From Klebsormidium nitens (lineage: Eukaryota; Plantae; Klebsormidiophyceae): a stretch of DNA of 64,000 nucleotides. Each line of letters opens with the position of its first letter. Positions within the stretch are counted from its first letter, which is position 1. Positions 23,201 to 35,200 of the stretch are shown piece by piece. Under the pieces are notes generated by a model, which was not told the origin of the DNA, searched no databases, and saw only the letters and a list, made by a program, of their open reading frames with translations. The position numbers and the translations under genes are program-made. The DNA lies in the NCBI GenBank assembly GCA_000708835.1, contig DF237088.1:62001-126000 (forward strand), written 5' to 3'.

Positions 23201-26200
23201 CCCTGCCGTTCCACAAGTACGAGTCGCGCGAAGAAGTCGCGCTCGGGGCCAGGATGTGGTACACCCGTTCCTGCTTCTTCGGCTCGGGGCACTTCGACCG
23301 GGAGGCGATCCAGAAAGCAGTCCCCAACACCGTGCTTCAAGCAGTCTACGCCCTGCTCGACGTTCTTGTAACCGTGTGCCACGAGATCTGGGTCGAAGGC
23401 CGCTACCACACGCTGGTGCCCTGGCCGCTCCATCCCTTGGTCGAAGCGAGCCTGAAGCTGAACGGTCAGAAGTGGCCTAGCCGTGCCGTCTACAACCTGC
23501 TCGGGATCTTCAAGGATTTGCGCAACGTGGCGGCGAAGGACCCGGCGCTCCTCAAGTGGTGGTCGGAGGTTGGGTGGCGGCTGCTCGACGGATCGGAGAA
23601 GTGGCAAACGAAGACTAGCAGCCCGATAGTGTCGACGAAGGGAAAGGCGGGATCCCAGTCGAAAGCTGCGTCCTCTAGCCCGGCGAAAGTGGGGGCTGCG
23701 GCAGCTCCTCGGAGCGGTTCCCGGGGGCAGAAGACGCAGACGGATACGGACAAGGCGGAAAGGGCAGAGCCACAAAACGGAATGGAGAGAACTGGTGATA
23801 ATACCGGAAAACAGGAGCAGACGAGCGCAGGGGCTGAAGGAGGTTTTAAAAAGGAGGATGCTGAAGAGAGGACGGATGCAAGCAAGGCCAAAGGCGTAGA
23901 AGCACAATCAGGAGCTGGGCCAGGGGTTGCACTCAAGAGTTTCGAAGGTGCAGTCACTGAAGTCAAGGCCCCAAGAATAGCCCGAAGAAAGGGGAGAGTC
24001 GGCTCGGACGTCCAAGTGGCCACCTCCGAAACTCCAGGCGTCGGAACCTCCACAGAGAAGGAACCGGAGCAGGATTCCGTCAAAGCTAGTCCACCTGCAG
24101 AAAGCGTGACAGTGGACGATTCCAAGCCTGTAGCGGAAGAAGCTGTTTTAGAAAGCAAGGAGCTTGCGGTATCCGGGGCCGTGGGGAAGCCAGTCGAGCA
24201 TCCTCCGGGCTCCGCTTCGGGAGTGCTAAGCGAGAGCACGATTGCGGGGGCAGTCGAGGCCTGCCAGCTGTCAGCCGCAGCGACTGAGCTCCTCTTAAGG
24301 TCAACGAAGAACGTCGCAGGCCTTGTCGTCACTTTCCTGGAGGGCGAAGGTTATAAGATGGCCTCGCAGAACGGGACGCAGAGGGTCACGGTGGGCGATT
24401 CAGGTAGTCAATATGCGAGAGTTGCGCACTGGAGGAAGCAGATCACGATGAATTATTGTTCTCGCATCAAAGCAGCTTCCCTGGCTCAATGCAGCCGCTG
24501 AATCTGCCCTTTTGTTATAGCGGCCCTCCTGCCTCAATGTGGCCGCTGAGGTTGTCCCATGCTGTGTTGCGTCTATGTAGACGTCTAGATTTGGTTTAAA
24601 AGTTTACGTCGATTGTCGATCTTAGTGCCGCTCCTGGAGTGCACCCAACTTGAAAGCAGCTCGTTTCGCTGGTTCTAACATCGCCTCCTCGCTTCTGCAG
24701 TATCGCGCATACTCTTCAAACTCTCCCCGACGGCAACTTCGCCGGCACTTTGTACACTGCTCTTCCTCACCTTGTCCCTGTACGCTGTGGACGTCGACTC
24801 CGACAAGGGACTTCTGCTCCAATACTGCAAGCTAATTGCAAGCCGAGCGGGCCTCTTTGAGAGCTTGTATCTCAGCAGCTTCATCTCTTACGTCTGTATC
24901 GCTGCGGTGAGTATGATGGATTTCTCTTTTAAGCAGTACCGAAGCTGCAAGCCATATTCATTGTGAATGGGCAACTCATCGCTGTGCCGTCGATTCAAAG
25001 TGCACCATGAATCTTACGCTACCAATCAAAGAAGCAGCGTCGCTTTTTACATGACCATCGAGCCAAGTCCTGCAGACTAACCTTATCAGTTTGTCTCCTC
25101 GTCTTTTCAATTAAGCTTTATCCTTGCGAATAGTTGCAGTAGATAAGGCTCCCTTATGTCCGTGGCCACTCGTAGTCGTACAATCTAGTCGATATAGTGG
25201 AACACTTCTGGGGTCCTCATAGACCGCTTGTGAGAGTTACTGCACGAGTCCTCTGGTCGCGGCAGTTGTCTGAGATTAGCAAGATGTGTGCAGGCTGCGA
25301 ATTTGCGGGAGGTCATCATTCAGCGCGCTACAATCCAAGCCCTGTCCAAGCTGGTCTCCTCCGCCACGGACATCGACGGGATTCACGCCTTGCCAGCTGT
25401 CATGGGGGCGATGGCTGCTCACCCTCAAGACGTCCAAGTCCAATACCTGGGTTTTTCCTTCCTCGCCGACCTAGCGAACATGGCCTGCTCAAACCGGCGG
25501 TGGATGATGGCGGTGCTTGGAGCAGCCTCTTCAGCGACAGCCGCAATGGTTCTAGGCCGGGGCAACGAGAGCATGCAGAAGAAAGGCTGCCGCCTCATCC
25601 GGATACTTGCAGAGTCTCTCCTGTCTAAGCCGGATTCGACGGGTACGGTGACGGATGCAGCGAAGACGGAGCAGGAAGATAGATCCAGAAAGGTTTCTGC
25701 TCCTGCACTCGTGCCGCTGCATAGTCCTGACTCTGCCTTAAAGCGCTCACGAAGGGGGACAAGATTCATTCAGACCTTCGACGACATCTTCTCTGCCGTT
25801 CGGAAGGCGTTGGAAAGTTCTCCCGGATCGACCGAACAAGTGAAGAAAGACTGTCTTATGAAGCTGATGGCATACACGAACAGTGAAACAGCGGAGCTGA
25901 TTTTCTCCTCTCTCAGTGATTACGCGTCCGCGGTGTTGACCGGCCAAGTCGAGCTTCCCCCTTGGCGCGAGGCCGTCTCAGCAGTTTTCCAGGCTCTGAA
26001 GTCGTTCCCGCGATCAAGGGCAGTGCAAGAAGAAGGCCTCGCAGCCTTGGCCGAGCTGCTTCAAGGCCCCTCCTGCAGGGCCGTGTGCCACACTTTCCAG
26101 ATTCTCCGGGATTTCTCCAACCGGGAGAGCGCATCCCAGTGCTTCATGCTGGACGATCTGAGGGGGGTGCTTGTAAGAGTGGCTGTCAATTTCCCTCAGG

Positions 26201-29200
26201 ATTTGCAACTTCTAGGCTCGTCGGTCAAGTTGCTCAGGCAACTCTTTGAGAAGCAAATACCCAAGTTCGTAGCCTATCCCGTCACAGCCGTTTCCTACTA
26301 TCAAGAGGCCCCCCAAACCAAGTCTTCTCCCTTCTTCGTGTCCACGTATGTGCCCACGACTTCGCACACAGAGCGGCTGCCAAGGTTAGGCCCGAAGTTT
26401 GCCCCGTGGATCACCAGCTTTGATGGCACTGCTTGTAGCCTGTCAGCGCCCGGCCATCCTCTTTGGACAGACAGCTTCCTCGAGTTCCCTGAGTCGTTGA
26501 TGACCCGCCCCTTGTCTCAGTACTGGAACCAGCACAGAGCAGGGCTGAAGTCAAAGAAGCAGGATAGAAGTCAGCCGGCAACTCCGCCCGATCCCCCTGT
26601 GCTTTTCAGCAATCTCTGCGAGGCTGAAGCATACTTCAGCTCGGAATCGTTTGCGATAGCGCTCCAGAGCATGCAGCCTCACTGCAGGGCAATGGCAGTT
26701 GAGTTCGTCAAGCTGGTAAAGTCCTTAGTGGCAGCTATAGCAGCATTGGAGGCCGTTGCAGTACCACCTTCGGAGGCCGCGAAAGACGTAAGTTGCCTCT
26801 TATTTGTTTTGCCGGAGGTTTTCTAGCGTTTGCGTGATAACCTTAGCAAGAGTCTTGCCATTGCTTTTCGGCAGCTTGCCTTTTGTGCCTCCAATTTTTT
26901 CACTCTTGATAGATTTTTTTAGAAAGCGGCAGGACAAGTAATATACATCGAGGTGGGATAAAACTGTTCTGAAATCTGGTGAGTTTGATCTGGTGCAGCC
27001 TTCTCGAAGCGCGGTTTGCTCAGTTCATCTGTGCAAAACTTTCATGGCACTTGCAAGTCTTCGTCGCTTTCTCTTTGTGCAGGCTAAGAACGAAGAAGTC
27101 CGGCTAGCGGAGCCCTTCTGTGCAGAACTGGACCTGGTGGAGCCGGCCTGCGTTCTCCTGGAGGCAACGGAGAATGTTCTGTTCAGCGCAACGAACGAAT
27201 TGAAGATTGCCTTGAGCAGCGCGGCTGCGGCGAGCGAGAAGGCGGCAGGCAACGAGAGTGCTCGGGAACGGTGGCAAAGCTTCGTTGACGCCACGGAAGC
27301 AGGGCGGGATGAGCAGCGGAAAGCAAGGGACGAGCTGCGCGAAGGTGGGAAGGCTAGCGATGAAGGCTCTCCTTCGAACGATGAAGGGCAGGCACGATCA
27401 GAGGAAGTTGAGACGGTGCCAGGGGGAAGCCAAGCGGCCGTCGAGGGGCCTGCTAAGGAGCCGGGCTCGAAAGAATCAAGAGAAGAAAGCAAGGAGAGTT
27501 CTGGAGAAGCTTGCAAGGCGCACGCACTGAGCCCTGAAGAGGAGTCGCTGTTGAGTGAGCAAGCGGCAGCACTCGTTTCAAGCCTGGCAGACCTCTGTCA
27601 ACTTCCGGTGGCGCTTCGGAAAGCTGTGCAAGCCCTTAGGCCTCTTCTGACAACAGCACGTGCCGCCGAAACAGTAGCTTTGGCTGCATATGTGCTGTCC
27701 TCAGTGTACTCAGCTTGGAGCCGGTTGGAGCCGGCACTAGTTGGGGAGATGCTAATCGACAGGCCCTGGTTCGCGGCGTTTGTTCCACCCCGGTGTGAGA
27801 AGCTGCTCGCCGTCAGTTGGAAGGAGTCGGGGGTCGTGGAGCTCTTCGAGATTCTAGAAACCTGGGGCGAGACGGAAGAGAAATGGACTGCCGCACCAGA
27901 AGATGCAAGACATCAAGTGGTAGCAGCCGTCCATGCTTTCGCGTCCCTTTCGCCGACTTTCTCCACTGATGCATCGGAGCTCCTCGCATCGGGTGGGTTG
28001 CCACGTGTGTTGTCAGGAGTGGCTGCTGCTTTGCATGTGATGATGGGCGAGCCAGACCAAGACACGCAAGACTTTTGCACGGGGGCCATGATTCTTTTGG
28101 CGAAAAACCACCCGCGCGTCCTCACACGGGGTTTTGCTGGTGCTTGGCTGGAGGACTTGGTGAGTAGCCTTCCTGTCCACCGGTCTCAGAAAGTGCACGA
28201 TCACTTCGACATTTGTATATTGGAAACTGTGAAAATAAGAGAGATTTCTGCAGATTGGCAATGGTGCCCTGCTAGCTCGTTTGGTTGTCGAGCATGCATT
28301 ATAAGCAATGCAGACTCCGAACATTGCTTCACACTGTTCGTTGCTTTCATTGAAGGTCAAGGTTCTTGCCTGAGAAGTCTAAAACAATCATTGCAACTCG
28401 GCCCCTAGCTATGCACCCTTCTTCAGCATGTACTTAGGGGGTAGGGACCCATTCCAACTACCTTTGATTCCCTTGCAGGAATCTTGTCTGGCGGTTCTGA
28501 GGCTGCTGACGCAACCTGCCGCGGCCGCGGACCGCAGCTGGGACGTTGTCTCCACCTTCCTCGACGTTCTTCGCACCAAGCGCAGCGACATCCACCGGCT
28601 CGTCAAGAAGCTCAAGCGCGGGAGCAAGCAGGGCGCCAAAGACCTGCGGGACCTGATCCCCGAAACGCCCGCAGATGTGCCGCTGACGCTGCTGAGGCTG
28701 CGGTCGGAGAAGCTCTGGGAGGGGGGTCTGAGCGGGGAGGGGCGACTGGAAGAGCTGTTTCCACTGGAGGAGGTCGCCTCGCGCCTCTTCGAAGCGGTCC
28801 AAAAAGCGGCGGTCAAAAGAGCGGGTGGAGAAGCGGCCGGGACCGGTGGCAGCCCCGAGAAAGCGGTCGAGCGGCTTCAGGATGCGGCCGCCTCGCTTAC
28901 GTCATCGACAAACGGAGGGAACAGTCAGCCAAACCAGACGGCGGCCGAAGCGCCAGCAAAGCTTTCTCCCAGGGGGGACAACCGGTGGACCGCCCTACAG
29001 CCGCTGTTTGACAGCTGGGCTCAGCCGGTCGTTTGGGACGCGGCCTTCGAAACGATGGTGATAAAGTGCGGGGAGGAGGTGAAGGGCGGGCCGCCGCTCG
29101 GGCTGTTCCGGACCTGCCTTCTGGAGTGCATGGATTCGGAGGCGCTGGTGTTCGCGCGGGAGCTGACCCAGAAACTAGCCGACGAGCCTTCCCCCGGCCG

Positions 29201-32200
29201 AAACCTGAGGGCGCTCTCCCAGCTGTTTGCCGTGGTCGGCCACGCGGCGCGGGACCGGCCGGAAAGCGCTGCGGTCTTCATTGCGTCTGGCCTGGTATCG
29301 GAGATCGGTATAACGATGACCCGGTTTGCGCCGGGGGGCGAGGCTTTCAGCGGAGGTGAGGAAGTAGAAGGGGCGGAGGAGCGGCTGGGCGATCTGCAGA
29401 GGGACGGGGGCTTTGCGCTGTCTGCAATTCTGAGCAAAGCAGCGGCCGAGCGGAAGAGCGGGGAAGCAGGAGAGCGCCGAGTGCTGACGCAGCTGCTCGA
29501 GAGCTGTGAGGACGCCACCTTCGAGGTCCTGCAGTCGGCTTACTGGAAGTACACCCCGGCGGAGCTCCCGGAGGGGGCTGCGGAGGCAGGCGTTTCGACC
29601 CCCCTGGAACGAGCAGACTTGGGGGAGGGCGGAAAGGTGCGGCCGAGGAAGGACGTGAGGGACGCTGCGCGCATGGGGCTGCTGAATCTGCGCGCCCTTC
29701 TCCCAGAAACTTCCCCCAAGTTCAAGGCGATATCGAGCCTGTGTCTGGCGCATGATGCCATTGTCGCGGATCAAGCAGAGGTGGGAGTCTTCATCTGATC
29801 GTTCGACGTGCGACTTTGTGCAGCAAGACACTTGTTGTCTGCCTGTCCACAAACAGCAAACGGCATCTTTCTAACACTGGGTGTCCGATACTTCCTGCCG
29901 CTAGTCCAGAATCCTTCTTTCCTGAAGGTCCTAGACTTCTACGGTGCTGGCAAAATTTCGAGCTGGTTTTCCTTTTTTTTTTAACGTGGACGCAGACTCC
30001 TTAAATGGTCCTTTCTGTCTGACATCAAGACACCGTCAAGTGCCCTTCGGAAAGCTTTGACGATTCAAAAGAAGCCATGACTGTCGATCACCACTCCGTT
30101 TTTGTGTTGTGCAATGCCACGTTCAAACTTGTCTTCCCAATGACAGTATCTGCTTCTCTGCAGGCGATGGCGCTCGTGACCCGGGCTGACTGCCTTCAAG
30201 AGGATGGCTTCGACCGCTCTGCGGCCTGGTACTGCGACTTCTGGAAGCGGGACTGGTTGCTGCCCTCGGACCTGCCAAGCACGGAAATCGAAACCCCCTC
30301 AGCCGCTGATCTGGAGCCAAGCAAGGCGACTGCAACGGAAGCAGAGTCCGTCCCTTTCGATGAGACAACCACTGTTCCTGGTCCGGAAAGCGCAGTGGAA
30401 GCCACAGCGGAGCCTGCCGAAGCGGGGGGAAGTGGGGGATCCCCTCCGAACCAGAGCGCGTCCGAGCGCGGGGTTTCTTCCATAGTCAGCGGAGGAGGGC
30501 AGGATGCCGACGCCCGGGGCAGCGCCGAGCTGTCTGAGCCCCAGCAAAAAGAGGTTTCTCAGGAACAGGCACTTCCTCCCGACCCGAAGCAACTGCTTAT
30601 TGCCCAAGTAAAGGGGTTCGGTTCCGCCGCTGTGAGAAAGGAGGCCCGTCTTGGTGAGGAACAGAAAGCATCCGAAGCAGAACTCAACGAAGATCGGCAA
30701 GTGGCTGCGGTTGGTCCTTCAGAAAGCAGTCCAGGGGGGCTAGATCCAGAAGCACAGTCTGCTGGTGCTGCTGGCGGGGGGGATGCGATCGCGCCGTGCA
30801 AAAAAGCGTCCAAAAAGAAGAAGAAAAAGAAGCAGAGCAGGCAGGCAGCTGTGGAGTCCAAAGAGGTTCAGCCGAAACCTTCGGAGGGCAGCAACGTGCC
30901 CTCGCAGCCCGGAACCTCGGTTGACCAAGCTGAGAATCCCCAAAGCCCTGAGGCGGCCTCTCCCAGTGAGCTGGAAGCGGGGTGTTCACAAGAAGCCAAG
31001 CGGGAAGAAAGTCAATGTCTCTCCTCCGGAGCACCAAGGGAAGGGGCGGAGGAAGCAGCGGTCAGCTCGCTCCTGAAGGAAGCTGCATCAATTCTGGAGC
31101 AAACTGGGGCGCCGCTTTCCCAAACGGCTCCACGCTCGAAGTCGGTGACGGAGTCTGCTAAAGCGATGGACGCTGTGAGGGAACTCGTGAGTCAGTTGCC
31201 ACCTGCAGAGCGTCCTTTGCAGACTGCGTTGGAAGAGCTGATGGCAAAGGTGTTCAGCTTTGCCACAAAGTGTCAGGAGCTGAAGAAGGAGACTGTCGAG
31301 CAATTCGTTCCGGCAGTCGGTGCTTCTTCGCGCGCTACTACAGAGACCCAGGGACGTGCAGAGGCAGACGGTCAAGGGGAGCTTGTTCATAGGAGCCGGT
31401 TTGAGGGAACGAAAGTCAAGTGGTTTGAAGGCATCCGCTTGTTGCTCGACGAAGGCGAAGAGCTGCTAGAGAAACTCCGACGCTTCCTTCGGGACCCGTC
31501 TTGGGGACCAAAGGTCAAGAGCCATGAAGTCATCCATTTGTCGCTCAACGAGGGCGAAAAGGTGCTGAAGAAACTCCGGCGCTTCCTTCGGACCTTAGCG
31601 GAGGGAAAGGGGAAAGATCCGGTCAGTCTAGCGAAGGCGTTAGGAAATTACTTGAGCGGAGGGAGCCTGCGGGAAGGGGAGAAGGAGCCGGAAGTGACTC
31701 AAGGAAGCGCCAAAGGGAGTGCGAAAGGCCCAGAAGGGAAGAAGGCAATGGCGGGCGTGGAAATGGTGTTCGAATTCGAAGAGGGGGCAAGCTCGGCAGA
31801 CGACGCTTTGAACATTGCCCCGTTCGTCTTTGGAAGCGCGTCGGAGTCGGTCGCGCGGGCTCAGAAGGAGAGGGTGCGGAAGCGGCGGACGCAGAAAGGA
31901 AAGAAGGGTGGCGCCGAGGAAGGGGAGAAACGCTCATCCATTCGCGTGCTGCGGTCGCCGGGCCGCTCCATGCAGCTGGCATTCTGGGCCGAAGGGAAGC
32001 ACTTTGCGGTGCAATTGCAGAACGGTGGCAAGGAGGAGGCAGGGCCGCCGCTCACGAGCTGCGCTTTGCTGGAAGATTTAACGGGGCGGAAATGGACCCT
32101 CCCACAGAACGTCAGCAGCGCCCTGGTGACGGTGTCGAGCGACGGCGGCGCAAGGGACGGCAGCGAGACGTACCTCTGGGAGCCGGAGAATGCGCGCGCG

Positions 32201-35200
32201 GGCCGGGCGGAGTCGGTGCGGAAGGTCTCGGCGGAGGAGGCGGAAGCTTTGAAGGGGGCGGGAGATATGTCGTCAGAAGGCCAGGAGCTGGGGAGCGGGA
32301 CGGGGGAGGGCGCGGTCGAATCTGAGGACGCAGCTTCGGGCGGGAGGAAACAGCCAGCGGATGATGAGATGATCGAAGGGAGCGCCGCGCAGAAACCAGA
32401 GAAGGAAAGCGTGGGGTGTAGTGATGACGTGGCGGCGGTGGCGGGCGCTTTCAAGCGAAGCGGAGTGGAGATGCTGCAGCAGGGAGTGCCTGTGAGTGCA
32501 GACGGAGAAGAAGCGGGGGCTGGGAAGGATGGGAGAGGAGCGCAGGAGCTAGGGCGTGGAGAAGAGCCAAGCGTTCAGGTCGAGGGGAAGAACGGAGAGG
32601 CTTTGCAATTGGGAGTGGAGGGCAAAGAAGCGGAGGCAAGTTGGAACTCCGAAGGAAAAGAAACGGCCGGCGCGGAAAGGAGGGGCCTAATCGGGTCGGA
32701 CGAGATAAGCCTTCTCCAAGTTACTTCGAGTTCCGAAGAGACGGGCGCTGTTCCTGGCGCAGAACTGACGGATGGCGGAACAGGGAGCCTCCGGAAGGAA
32801 TTCGAGCGGAGCGACAGCGCTACGGCTGGTAGATTGGGGGCCATCAGCGGAGTGATGTCTACGCTTGCAGGATCTGCCCACCGTAAGGATCGCGCCCTGG
32901 CTGAAGATCGAGGAATGGACAGAGTTTTTGAAGCTTTTCTAGTTGTCAAACTTCTGCTTCTGCCCCGCAATCTTCCTCCTAAGTAGTTTTCACCTTCAGG
33001 GGCTTTCTTAAATTCGGGTTTTGTCCGAGGAATTTCAATGAATATTGCAACTTCTAAGGTCGGCGATACCAGCAGCATGCTCTGAGAGCACTTTGATCGA
33101 GAGCATGTTGTCGTTCACAGAGATCCACTCTGCTGATCTCTGTGTGTGTTTGCTGTTGATCCTTTCGTCAATTTGAGCTCATAAAAAGGGACTTCGGTCT
33201 GCTTCACTTCTTCGGTCTTCAACTGAGAAACGTTTAGGACAAAGTCTATACCCAGCGCCATCGGTTGGAAGTGTCGCTATGTCATTTCGTGTTCAAATGG
33301 CAGGCTCTGGTTTAGGAGGAGCACTTCAACTTTTCAGCTGGTGTGCCTTCCTGTTTACTTCGTTGCTCATTGATTGCTCACGACACACCGGTTCTCTGCA
33401 GAATCGTCTTCTGAATCCGACGTCAAAGGAGTCGCTCCCGAGGCTGTAGAAGACCCGCTACGCATGTCCGAGCCGGCGCAGTCAACAATTCAGAGCGAAG
33501 AAGACGTTGGCGAGCCAGCAGAGCCTGACGAGTTCGCTGTCCTGCTCGGGATGCTGAAAGGGGAGGGGCCCGCGGCTGGGAAGTCCTCTCTTCTGGAAAG
33601 CGGGGCGTCGGAAAAGCTGCAGTCGAAGGGACCTCTGATTGGAGAGATCGAGAAGATGGAGAAGCTAGCCGAGAAGACTTTGCCAGTGCCCCTGACGGAA
33701 GAGGTGGTGGTTGTTGCGCCGGTTTTCGCCAATCCGATGGGCTCCGCTCTGCTGGTCGAAGAGAGTCCCGGGGTGGGAGGGAGTGCTGACGTCGAAAGCG
33801 GAGGAGCTGACGTGGCAAAGCGGGATGCTGAGAAGACGGAGCTTGGTCGGAGCGTTCCAGGGGGTCTGAGCGGAGCGGCTGAATCTGGTCTTGACCCTCT
33901 CGAACCCTCCCGAGAAAGAGAGCAAACTCACCCCGGGGCTGGAGTGGTAGAGGTACAGGAGGGCCGGTCAGAACTGCCAACTGGAGGAGGGGAGGGGGAG
34001 AAGGGTGAGCTCGGACAAGCGGCGGCCGATCTTCCTGAACCGGTGTCAAAAGAAGCCAACGGCGGGGAGGGGATAACGGCTGATGTCCTGAACGAGGGGA
34101 CCGGAGAGGTGAACGGAGTCCCAGAGACAGCGGTTGAGACGTTAGTGGAGGAGTCTGGCAAGGTGAGCGGAGGGGCAGAGACAGCGGCTAAATCTGAAGA
34201 AGCGGAGTCGGGAGAGACAAGTCGGGGGTCAGAAACAGCGGCCAATGTTTCGGCAGTGGAATCTGAGGAAGCGAACAGGGGTGTGGAGTCGACGGCTGTG
34301 ATTTTGCAGCAAGGCCCTGAGGAAGGAAAGCGGAGAGGAGGGACAGGGTCTGAAATTCTGGAAGGGGAGCCGGGGGAAACGACTGGGGGACCAGGGACAG
34401 CGGCCGAAGTCGTGACACCGGAAGGCGAAGCGGCGGAATCAGCGGCTAACCGTACGGAAGCGGAACCGGAACAGGCGAGGGCGGCGTCGGACACCTTTTC
34501 GGACGTACCCGACTTTGTGTCCGAGCCTGACGACGAGGCCTGGTTCGACGCGACGGACGAAGAGTGCGACGAGCCGTCGCCGCGGGTGGCCAAGGGCAGA
34601 GCGGAACTGTCGCCGGAAACGGACGGAGCGGAAGGGCGGACTTTCGAAAGAGGAGCTGCGGGGAAGGAAGCGGAGCGGGGCGAAGTGGTGAAGGAGGAGG
34701 TGGAAGATACGGAAGTGGGCGAAGCGCAAAACGCTACTGGAGACGAGGTGGTCGAGAGTGCAAATGGGGTTGCTTCAGTGGAGGTCCCAAAGGCGCAGCC
34801 GGACGGTGGAATGGAGCAGAAAGCGGAGCCAGGAGAAGTGGAGCAGAATGAAGCTGAGGGGAAGACGGTGGGACTGGAAGAAACAGCCCGTGAGGCTGAC
34901 GACGCGGCGAAAGAGAAGGTTGGAAAGGACGCAGAGAAGCGGGTTGAGGCCCCAAAAGACGCAGAAAGGGAGGTGGAAGGTGACGAGAGACTGTCAGCTG
35001 CGCCTCTGTCTGATCTCGCCAAAGCAGCAGGGTCCGTTGGCGGAAGCAAGGCGACCGGAGAACGGAAGACGGAGTCTGAGGGCAGGGAAGGCGCAACAAA
35101 AGAGGAGGGGGAAACTAGGAGGGCTGCAAAGGGATCTGAGGTTTCAGGCGGGACATCTGAAAAGATGGTTGCAGTACCTCTGAGAGGAAATGACGAAACG

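Noticed and set aside
23515-23540. DLRNVAAK resembling a HEPN RxxxxH nuclease motif
   Set aside because: The His is absent and nothing else supports the fold.
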